Below are positions 56,567-64,000 of a stretch of DNA of 64,000 nt, one piece after another. The first letter of the stretch is position 1. Each line of letters begins with the position of its first letter. A program made the translations under genes and the position numbers. The stretch comes from an uncultured Chloroflexia bacterium (GTDB lineage Bacteria > Chloroflexota > Anaerolineae > Anaerolineales > UBA4823): NCBI GenBank assembly GCA_963827155.1, contig CAWGZV010000003.1, positions 226,436-290,435 of the forward strand, written 5' to 3'. The notes beneath the pieces were generated by a model. That model saw nothing but the letters and a program-made list of their open reading frames with translations, had not been told where the DNA came from and made no database searches.

Positions 56567-57620
56567 ATGACCGATCGAGGCGTGCTTGACCATTATCGCA
56601 AACTATTAAAATATACCTGCCCACACCGGTAATGTAACCCTCTATGAAGGAAATACGCCGCTGATCCCGGCCCCAAAGCTGGTGGAAGAGCTTGGAGGAG
56701 GTTTTGAGCTCTGGATCAAGTTTGAAGGAGTAAACCCAACCGGCTCATTTAAGGACCGCGGCATGACAGTGGCGATCAGCGAGGCATCAGGACGAGGAGC
56801 GAGAACAGCAATTTGCGCTTCCACCGGGAATACAGCCGCCTCTGCCGCAGCATACGCGTCACGCGCCGGGATGGAGTGCATCGTCCTGATCCCTCAGGGT
56901 AAAGTGGCGGCAGGGAAGCTTGCCGGTGCAGCGGCATACGGCGCTCAAGTGATCCAGGTGGAGGGTTCATTCGATGACGCCCTGGGGATGGTTGTGGAGA
57001 TCACCGGGTCGCGGCCGATCGCGCTGGTCAATTCACTAAATCCTTATCGTCTGGAGGGGCAGAAGACTGCCGCCTTTGAGATTTGTGATCGGCTTGGGAG
57101 GGCGCCTGATTGGCTGTGCCTGCCCGTAGGCAATGCCGGAAACATCACTTCCTACTGGATGGGGTTTCAGCAATATCAGGCGCTGAAATCCACAGGAGTG
57201 CCGCATATTCTGGGAGTCCAGGCTGCAGGTTCGGCTCCGCTGGTATTAGGCCGCCCTGTCGAACATCCGGAAACGGTTGCGACTGCAATCCGAATTGGTC
57301 GACCTGCCCGCGGTGAGCAGGCGCTTCAGGCGGCGGAGGAATTAGGCGGAAGGATTATCGCTGTCGAAGATCGTGATATCCTGAAGATGCAGAAAATGCT
57401 GGCGTCAGAGGGAATCTGGGTCGAGCCGGCTTCTGCGGCTGGAATGGCAGGCCTTGCGGAACAAATCCAATCCCGGCAGGTTGAGCTTCAAGGCAAGCGA
57501 GTGGTGGCAGTTTGCACCGGGCATGGGCTGAAAGACCCGGATGCAATCACCAGGCAGATGAGCCCACCTAGAGTACTTCCGGCTGAAGTCAGAGCCTTGG
57601 AAGACCTTCTTTTTGGATAG
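56567..57620 (+). CDS. thrC: Threonine synthase, frameshift near 56610
   Basis: TLYEGNTPL, EGVNPTGSFKDRG, CASTGNTAAS, PVGNAGN, ETVATAIRIG, TGHGLKDP. Confidence 0.93.
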
Positions 57621-57633
57621 CGGAATCCCAACC

Positions 57634-57662
57634 TTGACGACTATCCATGAGGCTGATATAGT
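57634..57662 (+). promoter_or_regulatory. Sigma70-type promoter of the aspartokinase leader
   Basis: TTGACG, 17-nt spacer, TATAGT with an extended -10 TG; ends 7 nt before the leader ATG. Confidence 0.75.
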
Positions 57663-57669
57663 TTCGCCT

Positions 57670-57753
57670 ATGTTCCAGGAAAAGCTGATCCACACAATCG
57701 CATTCGCGTTGACTACCACTCCTATCAAACAGGTAGGGCGCTGCCGCGGCTGA
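57670..57753 (+). CDS. Thr/Ile-rich attenuator leader peptide MFQEKLIHTIAFALTTTPIKQVGRCRG
   Basis: 4 Thr (3 consecutive) and 3 Ile codons. Followed by an antiterminator/terminator pair and then aspartokinase. Confidence 0.8.
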   Translation: MFQEKLIHTIAFALTTTPIKQVGRCRG

Positions 57754-57782
57754 TCCAGGATCAGATCGAGAGATACATGCCA

Positions 57783-57809
57783 GCGCCCCGAAACTATCGG
57801 GGCGTTTTT
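57783..57809 (+). terminator. Attenuator terminator
   Basis: GCGCCCCGA-AACTA-TCGGGGCGT followed by TTTT. The 5' arm can alternatively pair with GGGCGCTG (57736-57743). Confidence 0.85.
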
Positions 57810-57845
57810 CTTGAAGGGAATTCAGGAAGAATCCGGGAGGTTTTT

Positions 57846-59300
57846 ATGGGAATAGATTCTGACCAGAATAACGAAAATGAAGCGGGCTCTCGCCGGACAC
57901 TGGTGATGAAATTTGGGGGAACCTCAGTGGGCAGCAGCGAGGCAGTGAAGCAGGTTGTGAAGATTGTGAGCGCAGCACAGCATGAGTGGCCGCGCCTGGT
58001 GGTAGTGATTTCGGCGCTCTCGGGTGTCACAAACCGGCTGCTCGAAAGCGCCGTGAAGGCAGAAGGGGGGGACATCTCGCCGGCTGATTCGGCGCTGACC
58101 TGGATGCGGGATGAGCACAAAACGATCCTGGAAAGTCTGGTAGGTGAACCTCTCGTTAGAAAGCAAGTGATGGATGAGGTGGAAATTCTGCTGGCAGAGT
58201 TCGCCAGCCTGTGCCGGGCGATTAGCGTACTGGGGGAGGCAACCCCACGCGCCCTCGATGCGGTTGCTTCGCTTGGGGAAAAGATGAGTGTACGCCTTTT
58301 AGCAGCCGTGCTTCAGAGCTCGGGTATACCCGCTGCGCCAGTCGAGGCTACTCAATTGATCTTGACGGATGATTGCTTTCAATACGCTCATCCTGATTTA
58401 CGAGCTACCCAAATTCAAACCCGGCTGGTGCTTGATCCCATCCTGGACGAAGAGATTATCCCGGTTGTGACTGGCTTTATCGCCTCTACCCCACAAGGAG
58501 CTACAACAACGCTTGGGCGAGGAGGAAGCGATTTTTCGGCAGGCGTGCTTGGAGCAGTGCTGCCCGCGGACGAGGTCTGGATCTGGACGGATGTCGATGG
58601 GGTAATGAGCGCTGATCCGCGGGCGGTGCCAAACGCGCGCACGATCCCTACGCTGACATACCGCGAGATTGCCGAGCTGGCGTATTATGGCGCCAAGGTG
58701 CTCCATCCCCGCACGATCCGCCCGGTGATTGAGGCTGGCATCGGTCTGCGGATCTGCAATACCTTCAACCCATCCAATCCGGGGACCTGGCTGGTGAGCG
58801 ATGGCCCGCGCGTTCGGAATGGCGACGTGAAGGCAGTGACCGCAATCCGAGACCAGCGTTTGATCACGATCGAAGGAAGAGGAATGCTAGGTGTGCCGGG
58901 TGTGGCAGCTCGTGCCTTCGCAGCGGTAGCATCGACCGGCACAAGCGTACCGCTGATCACCCAGGCTTCTTCGGAGCAGTCGATCTGCTTTGCGGTGCCC
59001 ATCAGCGCCGGGGACAAGGTGATCGATGCATTGAATGATGCTTTTTCTCTCGAGCTCGTCCGTAGAGATATTGATCGCATCTGGGCCTCCCAGGAAGTCG
59101 TGATTGTGACTGTCGTGGGTGTAGGGATGATCCACACGCCTGGGATTGCCGGGCGCGTTTTTAGTGCTCTTGGAAATGCCGGTCTGAATGTGATTGCGAT
59201 CGCCCAGGGCTCCTCAGAAGTATCGATCAGCCTGGTTGTCGACGCGCAGGATGCCGACGAGGCTATTCGAACCCTGCACAACCTGATAGTGCCTCAATAA
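57846..59300 (+). CDS. lysC: Aspartate kinase with two ACT domains
   Basis: VMKFGGTSVG, TTLGRGGSDFSA, WTDVDG, GAKVLHP, QASSEQSI, QGSSEVSIS. Confidence 0.93.
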   Translation: MGIDSDQNNENEAGSRRTLVMKFGGTSVGSSEAVKQVVKIVSAAQHEWPRLVVVISALSGVTNRLLESAVKAEGGDISPADSALTWMRDEHKTILESLVGEPLVRKQVMDEVEILLAEFASLCRAISVLGEATPRALDAVASLGEKMSVRLLAAVLQSSGIPAAPVEATQLILTDDCFQYAHPDLRATQIQTRLVLDPILDEEIIPVVTGFIASTPQGATTTLGRGGSDFSAGVLGAVLPADEVWIWTDVDGVMSADPRAVPNARTIPTLTYREIAELAYYGAKVLHPRTIRPVIEAGIGLRICNTFNPSNPGTWLVSDGPRVRNGDVKAVTAIRDQRLITIEGRGMLGVPGVAARAFAAVASTGTSVPLITQASSEQSICFAVPISAGDKVIDALNDAFSLELVRRDIDRIWASQEVVIVTVVGVGMIHTPGIAGRVFSALGNAGLNVIAIAQGSSEVSISLVVDAQDADEAIRTLHNLIVPQ

Positions 59301-59311
59301 GGTGAAGACAG

Positions 59312-60457
59312 ATGGGAAATCTTTTGAAATCTTATGGACGGGCAGCAGTCTCCGATTTTCTGGGAGACCGGATCGTCTATCGTAATTTACAGCCCTATGA
59401 TCGCAGCCTGCCGGGGTTCGACCAATTACGTCTGGAGCTGAATATGCCAGGCGAGAATCTCCCACGCAAGAATGAAGCGGGATATGCCCGGGTGATTGCT
59501 GAGCTGCTCAAAGAATGCCGCAAGCAGGATTCTCCTGGGGGGCAGCTCGAACGGCTCGTTTTCGTCGGAGATACGCGTTTGCTGGATGGGACTGCATACG
59601 CCAATCTTTGCCGGGTTAGCGGGTGGTCTGGGCAGGCATTCATCGGCGCTGAAGATGATCAGCCGGCTTCGCTCATTCAGGAACAGGGTGAAAAAGGTCT
59701 GGCTGTTTTGCTTTCAAACCGCTGGGCTGCGCTGGAAACCTTTGATGAGCACTGCCGCTTGCAAAGGATGCCAATTGAGGAAGGAACGGCGGTAGTGATC
59801 GACCTGGATAAAACTACAATCGGGGCACGCGGCCGCAACGGACAGGTGATCGATGAGGCGAGGATGCAGGCGGTGGAGGAGACCGTCTCGGGGTTGTTGG
59901 GATCCGGCTTCGATAAGCAAAGATTTACGGCTGTCTACCAGCCGCTGAACCAACCCGAATTTCATCCTTTCACTGCAGATAACCAGGATAACCTGGCTTA
60001 TGTTTGTCTGATCCTGGGTTGCGGATTGTTCGAGTTCGGTGAACTTGTAAGGCGAGTGCGTATGGGGGAAATGGAGTCCTTTGTGGAATTCATCGATGAG
60101 GTGGAAAATAGAAAAGGTGAGCTGAGCCTGGAGCTGCGGCAAATCCACCAAGAGATCATCGAGCGAGTTCGCAGCGGCGATCCAACACCGTTCAAAGCAT
60201 TCCGAAGGAATGAATATATTCTCACTGTGAAAAGGTTTGGCTGCCTAGATGATTCGGCGCCAGTGGCAGAGATGCTAAATCAGGAAATCGTGATCACCCA
60301 AGAGGTGAGACGGATGGCTGAAATTTGGCGCGAGCGCGGCGCGCTGCTCTTTGGGCTTTCGGATAAGCCAGATGAAGCTTCACTTCCAACAGCAACATTA
60401 GCGGAAGGCGGTTCACAACCGCTCCATCGAGCCGTCACCCATGCTGTCGGCGAATAG
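59312..60457 (+). CDS. Hypothetical protein with HAD-like motifs in permuted order
   Basis: PRK, FVGDTRLLD, VIDLDKT, FGLSDKP. Starts 11 nt after aspartokinase. Confidence 0.7.
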   Translation: MGNLLKSYGRAAVSDFLGDRIVYRNLQPYDRSLPGFDQLRLELNMPGENLPRKNEAGYARVIAELLKECRKQDSPGGQLERLVFVGDTRLLDGTAYANLCRVSGWSGQAFIGAEDDQPASLIQEQGEKGLAVLLSNRWAALETFDEHCRLQRMPIEEGTAVVIDLDKTTIGARGRNGQVIDEARMQAVEETVSGLLGSGFDKQRFTAVYQPLNQPEFHPFTADNQDNLAYVCLILGCGLFEFGELVRRVRMGEMESFVEFIDEVENRKGELSLELRQIHQEIIERVRSGDPTPFKAFRRNEYILTVKRFGCLDDSAPVAEMLNQEIVITQEVRRMAEIWRERGALLFGLSDKPDEASLPTATLAEGGSQPLHRAVTHAVGE

Positions 60458-60560
60458 CCGTCATGAACCCGGGTGATATAATTCGCCTGTTTGACCTCAG
60501 ATTTTCACAAATAAGCTTATTTTAATTAAATTCGACCTGCATTGCGAAAGGAAGGATGAT

Positions 60561-60935
60561 ATGGATCCCGAAAGAAAACCTTCCGACAATAAAGATGAAG
60601 AGGAACTGCCGGTACAATGGAAGCAGATCCAGGGCGCAGTGTGGCTGCTTGGATTGGCGCTGATCGCCTGGCAAGATTGGTGGTGGCCGGGAATCCTGGT
60701 TTTGGCCGCAATCAGCGGTCTGACCCAGGCCGGAATCCAAATGTATATATCGAGGCAGGCTGAAGCCGGCAAGCACGAAATCCAGGATCAGGAGCTTGCC
60801 CGGGAGCGCGGCGAATGGCTTCCGGATGTCTGTCCGAACTGTGGCGGTCCGCTGAGTGTAGCCTCCGTTCATTGGAGCAGCCCGAATACTGCTGACTGCC
60901 CATACTGCAAGGCTAACCTGAAGAAGCGAAATTAA
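60561..60935 (+). CDS. Small membrane protein with C-terminal zinc ribbon
   Basis: AVWLLGLALIAWQDWWWPGILVL hairpin; CPNCGG...CPYC. Confidence 0.75.
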   Translation: MDPERKPSDNKDEEELPVQWKQIQGAVWLLGLALIAWQDWWWPGILVLAAISGLTQAGIQMYISRQAEAGKHEIQDQELARERGEWLPDVCPNCGGPLSVASVHWSSPNTADCPYCKANLKKRN

Positions 60936-60958
60936 TAATCACAAAAAATGAAGAGGGT

Positions 60959-62215
60959 ATGATGTCATCAATCAATGTTTCTCCGGTTTGGAGCCGAACT
61001 TTTCCCCTGACCATCGCTTACGGCGAGGGTTGCTACATCTACGATACCGATGGAAAGAAGTACCTGGATTTCACATCTGGGATTGGTGTGACCAACACCG
61101 GGCATTGCCACCCAACGGTGGTCGCCGCGGCGAGAGAGCAGATCGGTAAAGTGATCCATGCCCAGGTCAATAATTATTACCATCTCCCTCTTCTTTCTCT
61201 CACCGACGCAATGCTGACGATCGTCCCTGATCCTTCCTTTGACTGCTTCTTTTTCACTAATTCTGGCGCAGAAGCGATCGAGAGCGCGATGAAGCTGGCT
61301 CGCCATGCGACTAAAAAACCCAACTTGATCACCTTCCAGGGGGCATTCCATGGACGAACAAACCAAACCATGGCGGCTGATACCGGCAGCACGATCTACC
61401 GGGCAGGGTATGCCCCGCTCGCTTCAGGGATTTTCGTCGCGCCATATCCTTATTCCTACCGTTATGGCTGGGATTCGGAAACGACCAGCCAATTTTGTTT
61501 GAACGAGCTGAGACATATGCTCTACAGCCAGACCGCGCCGTCTGAAACGGCTGGGATCTTAATTGAGCCGGTGCTGGGGGAGGGCGGCTACGTTGTCCCA
61601 CCGGTCTCGTTTATGCAAGGGCTGCGGGCGATTTGCGATGAATTTGGACTGCTCCTGATCCTGGATGAAGTCCAATCTGGATTTGGCAGGACAGGAAAAT
61701 TCTTTGCGGTTGAGCATTTTGAGATCGTGCCGGATATTATTACGGTCGCCAAAGGGATCGCCTCGGGTTTCCCGCTCTCGGGAGTCATGGCACGGCGAGA
61801 ATTGATGGAGAAATGGGTTCCTGGCAGCCATGGGGGCACTTTTGGCGGGAATGCAGTCTCGTGCGCAGCCGCGGTTGCCACAATCGAGGTCCTGAAGGAT
61901 GGTTTGGTCGAGAATTCGGCTCGGATGGGGGCAATTTTGATGGCAGGATTGAAGAAAATTCAGCAGAAATATCCGATCATTGGCGATGTGCGCGGATTGG
62001 GATTGATGATTGGGGTCGAATTTACCAATCCCGATGGGTCTCCAGGCTCTCAGATGAGCGACGCGGTGAAGATGCGCTGCATGGAAGATGGATTGCTCTT
62101 ACTGCAGTGCGGGACATACCACCAGGTCATCCGCTGGATCCCCCCGCTGATTGTCAATGAAGGACAGATCGCAACCGCTCTGGAAACTTTCGAAAAGGCG
62201 GTTGGGCTTGGCTAA
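60959..62215 (+). CDS. Class III PLP aminotransferase (4-aminobutyrate aminotransferase-like)
   Basis: YLDFTSGIG, NSGAEAIE, FHGRT, EPVLGEGG, DEVQSGFGRTG, AKGIASG, HGGTFGGN. Confidence 0.92.
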   Translation: MMSSINVSPVWSRTFPLTIAYGEGCYIYDTDGKKYLDFTSGIGVTNTGHCHPTVVAAAREQIGKVIHAQVNNYYHLPLLSLTDAMLTIVPDPSFDCFFFTNSGAEAIESAMKLARHATKKPNLITFQGAFHGRTNQTMAADTGSTIYRAGYAPLASGIFVAPYPYSYRYGWDSETTSQFCLNELRHMLYSQTAPSETAGILIEPVLGEGGYVVPPVSFMQGLRAICDEFGLLLILDEVQSGFGRTGKFFAVEHFEIVPDIITVAKGIASGFPLSGVMARRELMEKWVPGSHGGTFGGNAVSCAAAVATIEVLKDGLVENSARMGAILMAGLKKIQQKYPIIGDVRGLGLMIGVEFTNPDGSPGSQMSDAVKMRCMEDGLLLLQCGTYHQVIRWIPPLIVNEGQIATALETFEKAVGLG

Positions 62216-62332
62216 TCCCAGGCGCTCGCGATTTCCCGGTTGAGCAAATTTGAGGACTCCATTTATTGATGTCTGAGACGGATTTGCAGATGATTTCCTC
62301 GTAAGCGCAACCTTTATTGATGGGATTATTAG

Positions 62333-62977
62333 ATGGTTGAGATTTTTCAAAATGTTCTGCTAGGGATCATGCTTGCCGCGCCAATTGGTCCGGCTGGAGT
62401 GGCAGTAATCCAGAGCGGGCTGCGTTGGGGATTCCGGGTGGCGTTTCTCACTGGTCTTGGGATCACGAGCGCCGATCTGACTTACATGCTCATCGTCTAT
62501 TTTGGGCTGGCGAGTTTTATCGGCATCCCTTTGGTCAAGATCATGATCTGGTTCATGGGTGCGCTCGTGCTTTTCTACCTGGGTTACAAGAGCGTGCAAT
62601 TAGGCGGAAAAAACCTCGATTTCAATGGGGGGATGGCTCAAGACCAGCGAAAACCTTTCCTGGTGGGCTACCTTGTGAATATCTCTAACCCGATTGCAGT
62701 CGTTTTTTGGCTGGGGATTTTCGGCTCGCTGATCACCGCTCCATCGGTATCTCCTGGACAGGAACCGGCGTCCGGCATACCGGACCTTTTGCGGGGTCTG
62801 AGCATCCTTGCGGGCATCCTGGCGTGGCACACAAGCATGTCCATCCTTACAAATTGGGGGAAACGATATGTGAATGAAAAAAGCGCCAGGATCATATCGA
62901 TTGTTGCAGGATTGGTACTTTTTGGTTTTGGGATTCGCTTTGCTTATCTGGCGATCCGCGCCCTTTTAGTGTTGTGA
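62333..62977 (+). CDS. LysE-family amino acid exporter
   Basis: AAPIGP...G.RWG, LFYLG, NISNPIAVVFW. Confidence 0.9.
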   Translation: MVEIFQNVLLGIMLAAPIGPAGVAVIQSGLRWGFRVAFLTGLGITSADLTYMLIVYFGLASFIGIPLVKIMIWFMGALVLFYLGYKSVQLGGKNLDFNGGMAQDQRKPFLVGYLVNISNPIAVVFWLGIFGSLITAPSVSPGQEPASGIPDLLRGLSILAGILAWHTSMSILTNWGKRYVNEKSARIISIVAGLVLFGFGIRFAYLAIRALLVL

Positions 62978-63023
62978 ACCAAAGGATGCTGCTCACAGCA
63001 ATACACGAGGAGAAAGGGAAAAC

Positions 63024-63446
63024 ATGAAAACACCGAAAATGTTCCCGGAGGAAATTCTCTCCGCCCACACTCCTGAGGTCAAGCTGCTCACTGAGATGCT
63101 GCGAAGGCTGATCTTGGACGAAGCGCCAGAGGCAGTGGAGAAAGCATACCCGGGATGGCATGCGATTGGATACACCCATCCGAAATCCGGATACTTTTGC
63201 GCAATTTTCCCGCTGGAAGATCGTATTCAGCTTGCATTCGAGTACGGTGTCTTGCTGCGTGATCCTGCCAGGCTGCTTATTGGGCAGGGTAAACAGGTGC
63301 GCTATTTCGTGATGCAATCCGCCGCCGATGTATTAGAGCAAGAGATCCGAAGCTTTATCAAAAAATCGCTTGCACTTCCAGAATCGCGAGCAGTTAAGCT
63401 GAGCTTGATCGAAGCCTCAGCCAGGTCTGTGAATGAAGATGACTGA
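63024..63446 (+). CDS. DUF1801 (YdhG-like) protein
   Basis: LRRLILDEAPEAVEKAYPGW...G..LRDPARLLIGQGKQVR. Confidence 0.75.
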   Translation: MKTPKMFPEEILSAHTPEVKLLTEMLRRLILDEAPEAVEKAYPGWHAIGYTHPKSGYFCAIFPLEDRIQLAFEYGVLLRDPARLLIGQGKQVRYFVMQSAADVLEQEIRSFIKKSLALPESRAVKLSLIEASARSVNEDD

Positions 63447-63693
63447 GATCGATCAGAGTCTAACCTCTGGGTGAGTATTGGACCACCTTGCTTCGGCTGT
63501 CCAGCTCCTGGCTTATGGATGAGGCTGCTACTCAGAGAGCCACTCCGCATAAAGAAAAATCTTTTGGCTATGATATAATCTCGTTCACCCATAAATGGGG
63601 TAATGTGTCATAGCCGCCAGATCCATATTCGGACAGCGGTCTTTTTCTTACTAGTTCCCAATCCGGGAATTGGAATAGGACAGGATAAAGAGG

Positions 63694-64000
63694 ATGGATG
63701 TAAAATTATACGTTGGGAATCTTCCTTTTTCGACGACCGAGGAAGAAATTCGCGCCCTGTTTGAGCAGGCGGGGCAGGTGGCGGCTGTGGATCTAATCAA
63801 GGATCGTGACACAGGTAACTCAAAGGGTTTTGCCTTCGTAACTATGGGTTCTCAGACCGAGGCGGAGAAGGCGATCAGCATGTACAACGGATACAGCCTC
63901 GGAAATCGAGAGATTAAAGTCAATCCTGCCCGTCCGCGTGAAGAATTGGGGCGCGGTGGTTATGGTGGCTCTCGATCGAACCAGGGGTTTGATCGCCGCC
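63694..64000 (+). CDS. RRM-type RNA-binding protein with Gly/Arg tail (3'-partial)
   Basis: Manual translation: MDVKLYVGNL (RNP2)...DRDTGNSKGFAFVTM (RNP1)...IKVNPARPRE..RGGYGG. Confidence 0.95.
   Translation, partial: MDVKLYVGNLPFSTTEEEIRALFEQAGQVAAVDLIKDRDTGNSKGFAFVTMGSQTEAEKAISMYNGYSLGNREIKVNPARPREELGRGGYGGSRSNQGFDRR

Noticed and set aside
6760-56610. Programmed frameshifting or phase variation at the frameshift sites
   Set aside because: The homopolymers are short, and there is no consistent slippery heptamer or stimulatory structure. Sequencing error is simpler.

Overview
A 64-kb core-genome segment of a bacterium that most resembles an Anaerolineae member (Chloroflexota). This is inferred from gene content: many Pro/Thr-linker lipoproteins, an NBR1-like Ig lipoprotein, T-box regulation and cdaA-cdaR. 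It holds tRNA-Val(GAC), T-box-thrS, infC(AUC start)-rpmI-rplT, secreted hydrolases, a peptide ABC operon, coaE-cdaA-cdaR-der-lepB, deoC plus a two-domain ALDH, and thrC-aspartokinase. No mobile element, prophage or CRISPR array is visible. About 15 genes are broken by single-base indels or nonsense codons, most likely consensus errors. Four observations stand out. (1) An unannotated 31-codon leader ORF is followed by two near-identical terminators, and the loop of the first is complementary to the leader start. It sits in front of an operon of a degenerate ABC ATPase, 3 GNATs, a HAD phosphatase, an amidase and a TetA(P)-like efflux pump, and is a candidate translation-stress or antibiotic-inducible detoxification system. 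(2) A leaderless Thr/Ile-rich attenuator peptide precedes aspartokinase. (3) A circularly permuted HAD-like protein follows aspartokinase and may replace homoserine kinase. (4) A circularly permuted peptide-binding protein lies in the same operon as its canonical paralog. All protein-family calls are from motif recognition; no searches were run.
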